Below, one piece after another: positions 51,551 through 61,749 of a stretch of DNA of 64,000 bases. Location: contig CAILEP010000035.1 of NCBI GenBank assembly GCA_903833275.1, positions 41,602 through 105,601 on the forward strand. Reading direction: 5' to 3'. The translations under genes were made by a program, and so were the position numbers. Every line of letters starts with the position of its first letter. The first letter of the stretch is position 1. The notes under the pieces were generated by a model that saw nothing but the letters and a program-made list of their open reading frames with translations, was not told the DNA's origin and did no database searches. This stretch comes from an uncultured Bdellovibrionales bacterium (GTDB taxonomy: Bacteria > Bdellovibrionota > Bdellovibrionia > Bdellovibrionales > UBA1609).

Positions 51551-51796
51551 ATGGATAGCACCAGCCTAAAAGAACTCGTTGAGTTCATGGCCAAGTCACT
51601 CGTTGATAACCCAGATCAAGTTGAAGTTAATGAAATCGTTGGCGAGCAAACCACCGTTGTTGAGTTGAGAGTATCGAAAGAAGATCTCGGCAAGGTCATT
51701 GGTAAACAGGGCCGTACCGCTCGCTCAATGCGAACTATTTTGAACGCCGCCAGCACCAAGCTGCAAAAGCGCAGCGTTCTTGAAATCGTCGAGTAA
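51551..51796 (+). CDS. KH-domain RNA-binding protein (UPF0109/YlqC-like)
   Basis: '[16 protein letters not shown]' GXXG loop, in the conserved position between rpsP and rimM. Confidence 0.85.
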   Translation: MDSTSLKELVEFMAKSLVDNPDQVEVNEIVGEQTTVVELRVSKEDLGKVIGKQGRTARSMRTILNAASTKLQKRSVLEIVE

Positions 51797-51861
51797 GAAA
51801 ACAAGAATAAAGAAAACCAGAATCTTGCGTCGCGTCTAGAATTCGGGCATATTCTGCCCGA

Positions 51862-52410
51862 ATGACACAAAATCCATCGGGCTCAGAGCCTGCTAAATAT
51901 TTGAATGTTGGATGGCTTAAAGATGCCCATGGCCTCAAGGGTGAAGTGTTTGTTCGCCTTGCGGCAGCAAAGGCTGATTGGCTTCAACGCCTTGATATCT
52001 TGCGGCTGCTCTCAAAATTTGATGGGCAGTTGAGCGAATTCGAAGTTTTGGCCAAATCAGTTCATAAGGACGGCCTTATTTTGAAATTAAAGGGTGTCGA
52101 ATCTCGAGAGGCTGCTGAGGCCTTGAAGGGCAGCGTTGTTGAAATCCCCGCTGATTATTTAAATTCTAAATCAGGTGAAGGCATTTATTTGCACGAAATT
52201 CTGGGGTTTGAAGTGATCGATGGGCAGCTCGGGTCGCTCGGCCCCATTTTGAAATTCAGCAGCAATGGCGCCCAAGATCTATTGGTTGTAAAACCAGGGC
52301 GAACTGAACAATTAATACCGTTTGTTAAAGCCTTTATCGAAGAAATTAACTGGAGCGAAAAGAAGATTCGCATGCAGTTGCCCGAGGGTCTCATTGAGCT
52401 TTCAGTCTAA
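51862..52410 (+). CDS. rimM: 16S rRNA processing protein RimM
   Basis: 'VGWLKDAHGLKGEV' N-terminus and a PRC-barrel C-terminus, with rpsP-rimM-trmD synteny. Confidence 0.9.
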   Translation: MTQNPSGSEPAKYLNVGWLKDAHGLKGEVFVRLAAAKADWLQRLDILRLLSKFDGQLSEFEVLAKSVHKDGLILKLKGVESREAAEALKGSVVEIPADYLNSKSGEGIYLHEILGFEVIDGQLGSLGPILKFSSNGAQDLLVVKPGRTEQLIPFVKAFIEEINWSEKKIRMQLPEGLIELSV

Positions 52411-53221
52411 GTTACAATTTAACGTTATCACGCTCTTTCCGCAGATGGTTGAGGATGCACTCAAGCAGGGTGTCGTCGGTCAAGCGGTCACGCGCGGCGA
52501 GGTTATTGTTAACACCATCAACCCGCGTGATTTTGCCACCGACGGGCACAAAACGGTCGATGATCGCCCTTTCGGCGGCGGCGACGGGATGGTGATGCTC
52601 GTTGACCCCCTGGTCGCTTCGTTAGAATCCATTCGCGCCAAGGGCCAAAGTGTTGGCCACCGAGTTTACCTTTCGGCTCAAGGTCGATTGTGGCGCGATG
52701 ATCTGGCTCGCGATTGGGCCAGTCGCCATCAAGTGATTACATTAATTTGCGGTCGTTACGGCGGCGTAGATCAGCGATTTCTCAATGCCCACGTCGACGA
52801 AGAGATTTCAGTTGGTGATTATATTTTGAGCGGCGGCGAGCTCGCGGCCCTTGTCGTGGTCGATTCGTTGGCCCGAATGCAACCGGGTGTTTTGGGAAAC
52901 GTTCAGTCAAAAGATCAAGAAAGTTTCTCAGACGGCTTGCTCGAGGCCCCTTTATTTACTCGACCGCAAGAGCTTAGTGGTGCCCGTGTGCCGGCCAGTT
53001 TATTGAGTGGCAATCACGCCAAGATAAGTGAGTTTCGCCGTGCCATATCGCTGACGGTGACGCTTGAAAAGCGCCCTGATCTATTGACTAAAGCACACGA
53101 AATTGAGCTCGGTAAGGCGATGCGCCTTCTTGGTTCTTTGCCAGTTGAAGAGCTCAAGGCCTGTGGCTTGGGCGAGCAGTTGATTCGAAATATTTCTCAA
53201 TCCGCATATACATTGCGCTAA
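52394..53221 (+). CDS. trmD: tRNA (guanine37-N1)-methyltransferase
   Basis: 'FNVITLFPQM', 'VDDRPFGGGDGMVM' and 'LICGRYGGVDQR'. The likely TTG start at 52394 overlaps the rimM end by 17 nt. The ORF-track start at 52322 is probably too far upstream. Confidence 0.9.
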   Translation: MSFQSKLQFNVITLFPQMVEDALKQGVVGQAVTRGEVIVNTINPRDFATDGHKTVDDRPFGGGDGMVMLVDPLVASLESIRAKGQSVGHRVYLSAQGRLWRDDLARDWASRHQVITLICGRYGGVDQRFLNAHVDEEISVGDYILSGGELAALVVVDSLARMQPGVLGNVQSKDQESFSDGLLEAPLFTRPQELSGARVPASLLSGNHAKISEFRRAISLTVTLEKRPDLLTKAHEIELGKAMRLLGSLPVEELKACGLGEQLIRNISQSAYTLR

Positions 53222-53227
53222 TTTAAT

Positions 53228-53848
53228 GTGAAAACACCGCCCATGAATGATTCAAAGATAACTGAAAAAACAGAGGCCGCAATCGACGCCCCGTCATTGA
53301 CGGTGGGGCTTGTGCATTGGCCCTGTTTTAACCAAAACGGTGAAGTGGTCTGTACCAATGTTACCAATTTCGACATCCATGATATCGCACGTAGTTCACG
53401 CACCTTCGGGGTTGAGCAATATTTCATAATCAATCGTGTGCAAGAACAGCTGATGTTTGTTCATCGGGTGCTTGATCATTGGCGCGTGGGTGAGGGCAGT
53501 GACCATAACCCCATGAGAAAAACTGCGATTAATATGGTTAAAACGGCTCAAACCGTAGAAGAGTCGCTTAAAGAGTTTAAAGTAAAGCCCATTTTGGTGG
53601 CCACCAGTGCTCAAAACCGCGAGGACTACCCCCAGATAGGCTTTAAAGCTCTGCGTGAGCTTATGTGGCATGACCGCTCAAGGCCGGTTTATTTGCTATT
53701 TGGCACTGGCTGGGGTCTTACAAACGACGTGTTAAAGCTCTGCGACTATGTGCTTGACCCCATTAAGGGGTCATCGGCCGATGATTATAGGCATTTGCCA
53801 GTTCGATCAGCAGTTGCCATCTGTCTTGACCGTCTGCTGGGGCAGTGA
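53228..53848 (+). CDS. SPOUT-like RNA methyltransferase (Methyltrn_RNA_4-type)
   Basis: '[14 protein letters not shown]' and '[16 protein letters not shown]'. I recall this family lying between trmD and rplS in several lineages. The start may be the GTG at 53228 or the ATG at 53243. Confidence 0.55.
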   Translation: MKTPPMNDSKITEKTEAAIDAPSLTVGLVHWPCFNQNGEVVCTNVTNFDIHDIARSSRTFGVEQYFIINRVQEQLMFVHRVLDHWRVGEGSDHNPMRKTAINMVKTAQTVEESLKEFKVKPILVATSAQNREDYPQIGFKALRELMWHDRSRPVYLLFGTGWGLTNDVLKLCDYVLDPIKGSSADDYRHLPVRSAVAICLDRLLGQ

Positions 53849-53879
53849 TAGTTTGGCGAGCTCAAAAGAGGTAGAAAAA

Positions 53880-54347
53880 ATGGACCTAATTAGACGTATT
53901 ACGCTTAAACGCGCTGAAGATAAAAAATGGATCAAGAAACACGAAGACTTTCGCGTTGGTGACACCGTGAATGTGAACGTGACAATTAAAGAAGGCGAAA
54001 AAGAACGCGTTCAGGTTTACAAAGGCGTTGTCATAAAAATTCAAGGTGAAGGCCTCGGCAAATCTTTTACTGTTCGAAAAATTTCGAGCGGCATCGGCGT
54101 TGAAAGAACGTTTCCGTTCTCAAGCCCGAACATTGATAAAGTTGAAGTTGTAAGTCGTGGTCGCGTTCGTCGCGGTCGACTTTATTTCTTGCGAAATCTT
54201 TCTGGTCGCGCTGCACGTCTTGAGTCAGACCTTGTCATCAATGAAGGCGAAGCGAGACAGGTAGAAACGGCTGATGGCGCGGCTCCAGCTAAAGCAACTA
54301 AGGCTGAGAAAAAAGCCAAAGCTGCAGGCGCAAAAGCAAAAGCCTAG
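53880..54347 (+). CDS. rplS: 50S ribosomal protein L19 with a Lys/Ala-rich C-terminal extension
   Basis: '[29 protein letters not shown]...[14 protein letters not shown]', with AAAGAGG upstream. The ORF-track start at 53748 is upstream read-through. Confidence 0.95.
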   Translation: MDLIRRITLKRAEDKKWIKKHEDFRVGDTVNVNVTIKEGEKERVQVYKGVVIKIQGEGLGKSFTVRKISSGIGVERTFPFSSPNIDKVEVVSRGRVRRGRLYFLRNLSGRAARLESDLVINEGEARQVETADGAAPAKATKAEKKAKAAGAKAKA

Positions 54348-54374
54348 TTATAATTTCAGAATAATTTTTGGACA

Positions 54375-54404
54375 AGAGCGTAGCAACAAGACTACGCTCT
54401 TTTT
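54375..54404 (+). terminator. rho-independent terminator after rplS, abutting the rnhB ATG
   Basis: Stem agagcgtag (54375-54383) / ctacgctct (54392-54400), an 8-nt loop, then tttt (54401-54404). Confidence 0.75.
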
Positions 54405-55043
54405 ATGTCAACCAAACGCAACTCCACGCCAAAATTTAGGCCACCGCAATTTGATAAAAATCAAATTTGCATCGGTGTCGACGAAGCCGGTCGCGGCTGT
54501 CTAGCGGGGCCTGTTTATGCCGGCGCCGTTATATTTAAATTCGACGAGACTTCCGAGGATATTCGAGATTCGAAACAAATATCCGAGATCCGCCGAGAAG
54601 AAATCTTTGAGTACATTTTAAGTCATCACCGCGTTGGCATTGGCGTTGCAACTGTTGATGAAATCACGAAGCTCAATATTTTGGGCGCGGCCTTATTGGC
54701 CATGAAGCGTGCAGTAGAGAGCCTCGAGGTATCGAAGGCAGAGCGGCTCAGTGGGCGCGTTTATGTTGATGGCAATCAGCAGATTCGTGGGCTCACGTGG
54801 CCGCAGACAACAATTATAGGGGGCGATCGGCACATGAAGGCGATTGCCGCGGCTTCAATTGTAGCAAAGGTTTCGCGTGACAGAGAAATTCGGCGATTGC
54901 ATGAAATCTACCCCGAGTATGGGCTTGCCGCCCACAAAGGGTACGGCACCGAAGCCCATAGAAGTGCCATCGCCAAGTTTGGCCCGCTCGAAATCCATCG
55001 GCCCACCTTTGCCGGGGTCAGAGAGTATATCGGCACCAGGTAA
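54405..55043 (+). CDS. rnhB: ribonuclease HII
   Basis: 'IGVDEAGRGCLAGPV' and 'DSKQIS'. Confidence 0.9.
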   Translation: MSTKRNSTPKFRPPQFDKNQICIGVDEAGRGCLAGPVYAGAVIFKFDETSEDIRDSKQISEIRREEIFEYILSHHRVGIGVATVDEITKLNILGAALLAMKRAVESLEVSKAERLSGRVYVDGNQQIRGLTWPQTTIIGGDRHMKAIAAASIVAKVSRDREIRRLHEIYPEYGLAAHKGYGTEAHRSAIAKFGPLEIHRPTFAGVREYIGTR

Positions 55044-55398
55044 TGCCCTTGACCCCGGTCGCCGAAATTGGGAGCGCGGGCGTCGCTGTGAAAACATCGT
55101 AAAAGAATATTTTCAACAAAAAGAGTTTTTGGTTCTCGCGGTCAATTTGCCGTTGGTTTTTGCCGAAATTGATTTGGTCATGCTCTCGCCAGAAAAAGAA
55201 GTTTGGCTGATCGAGGTGAAATCAGTTTTTGATAGTGATTTGATTTTCACTTCGCCAATCAAAGCTCAACAAAAGGCTCGACTGCGGCGGGCGCTCGAAA
55301 GATGGATGGGGGGCGTGACGATACCTGTAAGGCTGCACCTTGCCGCGGTGAATCACCTCGACCGAGTGTCGGTCTTTCACGATGTGCTCGGCCTTTAA
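55009..55398 (+). CDS. YraN-family (UPF0102) endonuclease-like protein
   Basis: 'GRRCENIVKEYFQQKEF...EIDLVM...WLIEVKS'. The start is uncertain. An in-frame TTG at 55009 gives the usual ~129 aa; other options are the GTG at 54964 and the ATGs at 54877-54919. Confidence 0.6.
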   Translation: MPGSESISAPGNALDPGRRNWERGRRCENIVKEYFQQKEFLVLAVNLPLVFAEIDLVMLSPEKEVWLIEVKSVFDSDLIFTSPIKAQQKARLRRALERWMGGVTIPVRLHLAAVNHLDRVSVFHDVLGL

Positions 55399-55449
55399 GA
55401 GTCGCGGTCTTGAGTTGCGAGACCGATGTGGTTGTGGAACAATATTCTT

Positions 55450-55857
55450 ATGCATCGAATTCTTAGAACTACACTGACTGTTTTGGCTCTTGTCGCTTCG
55501 GTGGCAACTGCGCCGCGTGCGTTGGCGAGCCCCGAGCGCGAATTTATCATGAGCTGCACTTATGGCGTGTTGGCCGGCACATTGGTCGGCGCCGCGACGC
55601 TCGCGTTTACCAAAAGCCCCGCTGATAATTTGCAAAATGTAGCTCGTGGTGCCTCGTTGGGTCTTTATGCCGGGATTGGTCTCGGTTTTTACACCGTTTA
55701 TATTTTGCCAAAGCAGCTTGAGAAAGAACAAGAGAAAATTCTCGAGGGTGAAACCGAAGATAAGCGTTCGGCGTTGCCGAGAGTGTTGTTGTTTCCGATC
55801 GCTGAGCAAAATAAAATCAGCGGTGGTTTCGCGCTATGGAATATCGCGAATTTCTAA
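55450..55857 (+). CDS. small membrane protein
   Basis: Signal peptide (LTVLALVASVATAPRALA) followed by two TM helices. Confidence 0.5.
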   Translation: MHRILRTTLTVLALVASVATAPRALASPEREFIMSCTYGVLAGTLVGAATLAFTKSPADNLQNVARGASLGLYAGIGLGFYTVYILPKQLEKEQEKILEGETEDKRSALPRVLLFPIAEQNKISGGFALWNIANF

Positions 55858-55894
55858 AAAATCTAAAAGTTAAAGTTTTAAATTGCTAAAAAAA

Positions 55895-58330
55895 TTAGCC
55901 GCCGAAATTGAAGTTTAAGCTCGCGCTAAACTTCACGTCTGATCCGAGTTGTCGGGTTTGGCCAAAGCGAAGCACGAGACAGTCGCCCGGAAACTTCATG
56001 TTGGCGTCGTACTCCCACGATTCGATAGATTGGCTGACCAGAGAGAAAACGCGCCGACCCACGAGTTCAATATATTTGGTTTTAAAGCCCAGGCCGACCC
56101 CGTAATCTTTGGTGTGCTGATTGGTTGGGCTATTTGTCGACTCGTCGATAAGCACGTTGTCGGCAAAAGTCAGTTCTAAGAAACTTTTGAGGTCGCTAAT
56201 AAATTTAGCCCGAAGAGTTTGATTCAATATGCCGGCATAGGGGTAGTAATCGGCCGTCAAGTGGGTTTCAAAATTGGCGATACGCACATCGAGCAGCCCG
56301 TTGACAGTCGACCAGGGGTGCGGATTGATTAGTTTGGCCTCATTAATGTCGTAACTCTGAGTGACTCGAAAAGTAATGAACTTGAAATAATCTGGTTCGA
56401 GAGTGCCCTCGGGTGTCGCGTGATAGTGTTTGCGGGTGATGTAATTGCTGAGTACAAAGGTGGCCAAATCTTTATCAAAGTAGCGATCGTCATAATCAAA
56501 CTGTAGGCCTGACGGGCTGGTGAAGTCTGTGTTTGAAGCGGCCTCGTGTTTTCGCCAAAAGGGCTGGTTTTGAAAGTCTCCGAAAAACTGATTGCTGGGT
56601 TTTTTCACCCACGGGATTTTCGAATAAATAACCTCGGGTTCGATTTCGTGTTTGTAACGGTTTGATTTGCCATCGTCGACACCATAGATTGCATTGTATT
56701 TTGTTTTAAACGAAATATCAGTTTCGACGAATCGGCGTTCGGCATGGTCAGAATAACCATCAACGGCAGAGGGTGGCTTAGCGTCAAATTTGTACTGCAT
56801 TTCTTGATAGCTTACAGCGGGCTCGATATCGAGAAAATTGCCGATGTGAAACGGGTAGCTGAGGCGCGGGGTAAAAATAAAACGTTGGCCGGTGCGAATT
56901 TGATCAATGGTCGGGTCAAAGTAACCGCGCAGATTGGCGATGGGGGTAATAATGCGACCTTGAGTTGGGTCGCTCGTGGCTTCGTCATACGAATAGTTAC
57001 GCCGTTCGAAATTGGTATAGTTAAAATCAACGCGAAAGAAAAAATTTGAAGAACCGATTCGATTTTCGATAAACGAGTAATTGATTTCGGGTAGGCGGTG
57101 AACCGAGTCGTCGTTTTTAATTAAGAAATCAGAATTTAAAAGCGTCGTGTAGTATGTCGATTCAGCGCTGATGTGGTGAGAGTCGAAGTTTTTGGTGAGC
57201 GAGAGGCTAGACTCCATGGCTGAATTACCAAGGCCAGGCACTTCTTCGTAAAAGTCTCGTGGGTATCGCGTGTCTGAAATATAATTGAGGCTCGAGCGCT
57301 GTACAAAATTGTTGGGCAATTCAAAAATATGTTCGTAGAGCAGGTAACCGCGATCAAGAGCTTGGGTCGGGCTACTTGATTGGCCGTCGGCGGTGAACGC
57401 TTGGTCGCGAATGGCGCCAGTGTGAAGAATGCCGCGGCTGCCTTCGCTCAGCAAATAGCGATATTCGATCTGTTCTTTGAGCCCCCGGCGAGCATAACTG
57501 CGGGTCGTAAAAGTGGCGTCTTGGCTGCGCGAAATGGCCCAGAAAAAGGGCAGGCCAAACTCCGAACCGCCGTTTGCAGAATAACTGAAATTCGGCACCA
57601 GAAGGCCTGACTGTCTTGTGCTTTTGAGGGGCACAAGAAGGCGCGGCAAAATAAGCACCGGAAAGTCGACTATATGAAGCACCGGATATTTAATGTAAGC
57701 GTAGCCGCCCATTTCGGCCTCGATTTCTGTGCCCGAAAAGCTCCAGGCCTCGGGGCAGGTGGCGCAAGCCGAAAAAGAGGCGTTGGTCGCCAAATATTTT
57801 TTATCCGAATTTTTCTTAATTGTGTCGCCGACAAATATAACGTTTCCGGATTCGACAGAGCCCTTGGTGATTTCACCGATTTGGGTTTTGTAGTTATAGA
57901 CAATTTTTTCGCCAGCGATAAAAGTTTCTGGCCCCTCGAGGGTGATGTGACCTTCGGCCGTGATTTGATTGGTGTTTAAATCGATGCGCGCTTTGTCGCA
58001 CTGCAGTTTTTCAGAACCAAATTTAATTTTAACATTGCCTTCGAGTGCCAACGAACGGGTGTCATAGTCTCGAGAAATACTGTCGGCAGAAACATCGAGG
58101 TCACTTTTATTGCTAAGTTCGGATTTGACGGTTTTCTTCAGAACTTCTGATTTCTTGGTTTTTTCAAAGCCCTTGCCGAGAGTATTTTTTAAATCAGCTT
58201 GGGCAAAGGCCAACGTGGGCCCCATGATAGATAGCCCGAAAGGCGAAAAGCCTAAAATAGGCAGGCCAAAAATGAATACCAAAAATACAAACGCGTATTG
58301 CGGTGCCTTCGGTGCCGAACCATGATGCAT
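55895..58330 (-). CDS. lptD: LPS-assembly outer membrane protein LptD
   Basis: OstA-like N-domain ('LEGNVKIKFGSEKLQCDKARIDLNTNQITAEGHITLEG') followed by a large beta-barrel. Confidence 0.8.
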   Translation of the reverse strand: MHHGSAPKAPQYAFVFLVFIFGLPILGFSPFGLSIMGPTLAFAQADLKNTLGKGFEKTKKSEVLKKTVKSELSNKSDLDVSADSISRDYDTRSLALEGNVKIKFGSEKLQCDKARIDLNTNQITAEGHITLEGPETFIAGEKIVYNYKTQIGEITKGSVESGNVIFVGDTIKKNSDKKYLATNASFSACATCPEAWSFSGTEIEAEMGGYAYIKYPVLHIVDFPVLILPRLLVPLKSTRQSGLLVPNFSYSANGGSEFGLPFFWAISRSQDATFTTRSYARRGLKEQIEYRYLLSEGSRGILHTGAIRDQAFTADGQSSSPTQALDRGYLLYEHIFELPNNFVQRSSLNYISDTRYPRDFYEEVPGLGNSAMESSLSLTKNFDSHHISAESTYYTTLLNSDFLIKNDDSVHRLPEINYSFIENRIGSSNFFFRVDFNYTNFERRNYSYDEATSDPTQGRIITPIANLRGYFDPTIDQIRTGQRFIFTPRLSYPFHIGNFLDIEPAVSYQEMQYKFDAKPPSAVDGYSDHAERRFVETDISFKTKYNAIYGVDDGKSNRYKHEIEPEVIYSKIPWVKKPSNQFFGDFQNQPFWRKHEAASNTDFTSPSGLQFDYDDRYFDKDLATFVLSNYITRKHYHATPEGTLEPDYFKFITFRVTQSYDINEAKLINPHPWSTVNGLLDVRIANFETHLTADYYPYAGILNQTLRAKFISDLKSFLELTFADNVLIDESTNSPTNQHTKDYGVGLGFKTKYIELVGRRVFSLVSQSIESWEYDANMKFPGDCLVLRFGQTRQLGSDVKFSASLNFNFGG

Positions 58331-58403
58331 GCCAATATCTTGGCTGAGAAGGTCTAGGTACTCAACAAAACATTTAAAATTAAATCTAAATGTTGCGGCC
58401 GGC

Positions 58404-61196
58404 TTATTTGGTTTTCATCACGTAAACGCCGTCCCAATTCTCGGGGGGTGGTTCAGCGATGAACTCTTGGCAACGCTCGATGTATAGCTGAGAGGGTGGG
58501 TCTTCGGCCTGACACGTTAGAGCCTTTTCAAAGAGCTCTATGGCTTTACTGAACTGCTTTTCGTGGTATTGCAGGTAGCCTTCAGAGAAGTACTTACTCA
58601 TATCCACGATATTGTCGGCCGGTTTGCCCTCAGAAATTAGCTCATAGATTTTGACTGGCTGCAGTTTGCCCTTAACGCGAACCCAGTCGACTTCTCGACA
58701 CACAAAATCATCTTTGATCTCTTTATAGGTGTTTTCGCTGATGATGATGCGGGTGCCGTACTCTTTGTTAATACCCTCGAGGCGTGAAGCCAGATTCACC
58801 GGGTCGCCCATCACGGTGTAACTTCGCACCGTTTGCGAGCCCATGTTGCCCACGCTGCACTCGCCGGTGTTAAGGCCGATACCGATATCAATAACCGGAA
58901 GGCCCTTTCTGACATAGTCGGCCTGCAATTCTTTGAGCTTCTCGAGACTCTGAAGGGCGCAGCGGCAGGCGTGCTTGGCGTGATCAGGGTAGTGAATCGG
59001 GGCGCCAAAGAAAGCCATAACGGCGTCGCCCATGTACTTATCGAGGGTGCCTTTGTTTTTGAATACCAGATCGGTCATCGGGGTCAGGTAACTGTTCAAA
59101 AGATCACTCAGCGCGCGCGGGTCTAATTTTTCAGAAATCGTGGTGAAGCCGCGAACGTCTGAGAAGAACACCGTGATGCGCTCTTTTCGGCCACCGAGCT
59201 CGAGATTTTTCGGGTCTTTCAAAATCTCTTCGACGATCGCCGGAGAAACGTATTTTGAGAAAGTGCCGCGCAACTCTTTTTTACTTCGTTCTTCGGTGAA
59301 GTACTTATAGGTTGTGAGGGTCATATAGGTCAGAAAGACCTGAGCCATGGGCAAGCCACTCGAAACAAGTATGCCTCGGCCGAAGAGAAAATGTTTATCG
59401 ATAAAGAGAATGGCTGCGCCGATTAGAAAGGCAAAGATAAGGCCGTACAGAGCGCCGAAGCGTGAAAGGGCAATACTGATAATGAAGCCAATGGCTAGCA
59501 TTACCAAAGGCATGAGCATGTCTTCTTTTTTATTTTGCTTGAAAAAATCTCGGCGCAGAAGATTGTCGATGACATTGGCGTGCGTCTCAACCCCCGGAAA
59601 GTTTTCGTCAAAAGGTGTGACTCGCAAATCGAAGACGCCGATGGCCGTGGCACCGAGCACTAGAATTTTATCTTTGAAAAAATCGCCTTTCAAAATCTCT
59701 TTTTTGTCGTCGCGACGGGCTTTCTCATTCCAGGTTGTGACGGTTACGGTTTTCTTATTTTCGCTGAGAAGATCGGCGATTGAGGCGTGCGGGACCATAT
59801 GCTGGCGGCCGGCGTAGTTAATCGTCATGGCGCCTTCGTAAGAAACGGGTACGTCGAAAAGCGCTTCGCCATCGTCGTTATCCATGGTGAACTTTTTTAT
59901 ACCCTTAACTTCAGCGAGTTTTTCATTGGGTTCAATTTTAAGATCTAAGTGCTGACCTGTGCCAACAAGGTAAGCCTGAAGAGCGATGGACGGCATATAT
60001 TGTGAGCCCGTGCGAGTGATGAGTTGCGATCGGCGAATGGTGCCATCTTTGTCAAGCATCGCGTTGAAATAGCCATGAGCTTGGCTTTGGGTCGAGATCA
60101 TCGGGATATTAATTGTCCAATTCGTGGTCTCCGGGACCTGGTTGAAGAGATTTCGGTTTTTGAAACTGCCAAGCCACTCTTCGAACGATTTCGCTGATAT
60201 CGACTTTACCACCTCCCGTATTTGTGGCCAATTTTCTGAAATTGCCATTGCGACGTCATCAGCCTTTCGGCCAGTAACTTTATCTTCTTTTAGATTAAGA
60301 AAATCACGCGCACAGAAAGTCAGTTTAGATTGAAGAATTTTTTGATCGAGTTGGTAGCGTTCGTTACTGTTTTGGGGTGGAGGCTCTGACTTTCTTATTT
60401 CAGCTTCCATATCAGCAAATTTTTGTTGGTAGAGTTGAACAAATTCTTCAGGCAGTATTTGTTCAGCAGAATCAACGGCGACGATCGGGGTGGCCTCGCT
60501 CTCGACCATTTTTGAAAAAGGGCTGTTTTTTAAGACGATATCGTGACAACTGGCTTGATAGCCATCGGCCTCATCGTCGGGCCCCTGAATATCGGTGTCA
60601 CTATAGAAATTGCCTAGCACGAAGTTTTTCTTATGTCGGGCGATAAACTGGCTAAATAATATGTCGCTGTCAGTTTCGGTTAGCTTGCGCTCAAATTGGC
60701 TTTTTATGACGGCAGGCAAGGGGGCGGCGCGATCTACATTTTCAACGAGGCGCACTTCGGGTCGATCGGTCGGCTCGCTCCAGACCACGTCGGCCGCGAT
60801 CACTTTTGCACCGAAGGTGTAGGCGTTTTCGAGAGCCCGAGCGAGAACCTCTCTCGGCCACGGCCATCGACCAACTATATCAAGTGACGCATCATCAACG
60901 GCGAGAACGGCGACGTCGGGGCTCACCGGGCGTGGGCCTCGAAACCATAGACGCCAATCGATTGTTTTCTGATCAATATCTGACACGATTTGAAAAAACT
61001 TGCCCGCACTTCGGATATCGATTCGCTTTTGATAATAGTTAAAGGTCAGGATCGCAAAAGACAAAGTGAGGTAGGCGCCAATAGTCATCGGATGCACCAA
61101 CAGAGCCATCACCTTTTTGAGTCGAGCAGTTAGTGGTATTTTACTTTTGGCTTTAGGTGTGGCATTTGGCGTCGGCGAAGCATTGGCATCAGACAT
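58404..61196 (-). CDS. CHASE2-sensor class III adenylate/guanylate cyclase with a C-terminal TPR-like tail
   Basis: N-terminal TM helix, a periplasmic CHASE2-type region and 3 further TM helices. The cyclase core shows 'ITVFFSDVRGFTTISE' and 'DKYMGDAVMAFFGAP'. Confidence 0.85.
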   Translation of the reverse strand: MSDANASPTPNATPKAKSKIPLTARLKKVMALLVHPMTIGAYLTLSFAILTFNYYQKRIDIRSAGKFFQIVSDIDQKTIDWRLWFRGPRPVSPDVAVLAVDDASLDIVGRWPWPREVLARALENAYTFGAKVIAADVVWSEPTDRPEVRLVENVDRAAPLPAVIKSQFERKLTETDSDILFSQFIARHKKNFVLGNFYSDTDIQGPDDEADGYQASCHDIVLKNSPFSKMVESEATPIVAVDSAEQILPEEFVQLYQQKFADMEAEIRKSEPPPQNSNERYQLDQKILQSKLTFCARDFLNLKEDKVTGRKADDVAMAISENWPQIREVVKSISAKSFEEWLGSFKNRNLFNQVPETTNWTINIPMISTQSQAHGYFNAMLDKDGTIRRSQLITRTGSQYMPSIALQAYLVGTGQHLDLKIEPNEKLAEVKGIKKFTMDNDDGEALFDVPVSYEGAMTINYAGRQHMVPHASIADLLSENKKTVTVTTWNEKARRDDKKEILKGDFFKDKILVLGATAIGVFDLRVTPFDENFPGVETHANVIDNLLRRDFFKQNKKEDMLMPLVMLAIGFIISIALSRFGALYGLIFAFLIGAAILFIDKHFLFGRGILVSSGLPMAQVFLTYMTLTTYKYFTEERSKKELRGTFSKYVSPAIVEEILKDPKNLELGGRKERITVFFSDVRGFTTISEKLDPRALSDLLNSYLTPMTDLVFKNKGTLDKYMGDAVMAFFGAPIHYPDHAKHACRCALQSLEKLKELQADYVRKGLPVIDIGIGLNTGECSVGNMGSQTVRSYTVMGDPVNLASRLEGINKEYGTRIIISENTYKEIKDDFVCREVDWVRVKGKLQPVKIYELISEGKPADNIVDMSKYFSEGYLQYHEKQFSKAIELFEKALTCQAEDPPSQLYIERCQEFIAEPPPENWDGVYVMKTK

Positions 61197-61345
61197 AAAA
61201 ACCTCTCTTATTACAAAAGGTTAAATAAGCTAGGAGGGGGTGACAATTGAGCTATTAATAAACTGGACTCAAAACGGCATGAAATTCAGGCTAGAATTGA
61301 TTTGTGGACGTCTTATGACGTTCGTCGATCACTAGGGGGCGTTAG

Positions 61346-61735
61346 GTGGATGCAAAAGTTGAAGACCGAGAAGGTATTTTTGTCGTTAGCCTAAGTGGCC
61401 AAATGGACTTCGAAAGTGCCGACAGCCTGAAAGCGCAGTGTCTGCGAAATCTGAACCAAAAGAGTGTGATTTTTAATTTGCGAGATTTAAGCTTTGTCGG
61501 TTCGAGCGGTATCACTCCATTTCTTGAGCTGTTGCAAGAGCTGTCGAGAAGCCTGGGCCCCAAGTTTAAAATTTGCTCGGTGGGTACCGAGTTTATGCGA
61601 CTTTTCGAAAGTGAATCTTCTGGTGGCATAGAGATTTATCGTGACGTAAATGATGCCCATCGCGCCTTTCAATCAAGCGAAGTGCAAGCTCTCACACGAA
61701 TTCGCCCGTTTGGGTTGAAGCTCGAAATTCAGTAA
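61346..61735 (+). CDS. STAS-domain protein (anti-sigma-factor antagonist-like)
   Basis: 'IFVVSLSGQMDFESADSLK' and 'LRDLSFVGSSGI'. GTG start with GGGGG 6 nt upstream. Confidence 0.7.
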   Translation: MDAKVEDREGIFVVSLSGQMDFESADSLKAQCLRNLNQKSVIFNLRDLSFVGSSGITPFLELLQELSRSLGPKFKICSVGTEFMRLFESESSGGIEIYRDVNDAHRAFQSSEVQALTRIRPFGLKLEIQ

Positions 61736-61749
61736 CCACAAAATTAAAG

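Noticed and set aside
54877-55043. Frameshift or very long overlap needed to start the YraN gene (an ATG at 55043 is out of frame)
   Set aside because: In-frame alternative starts exist (TTG at 55009, TTG at 54979, GTG at 54964). The TTG at 55009 gives a typical ~129-aa YraN with a 35-nt overlap, so no recoding is required.
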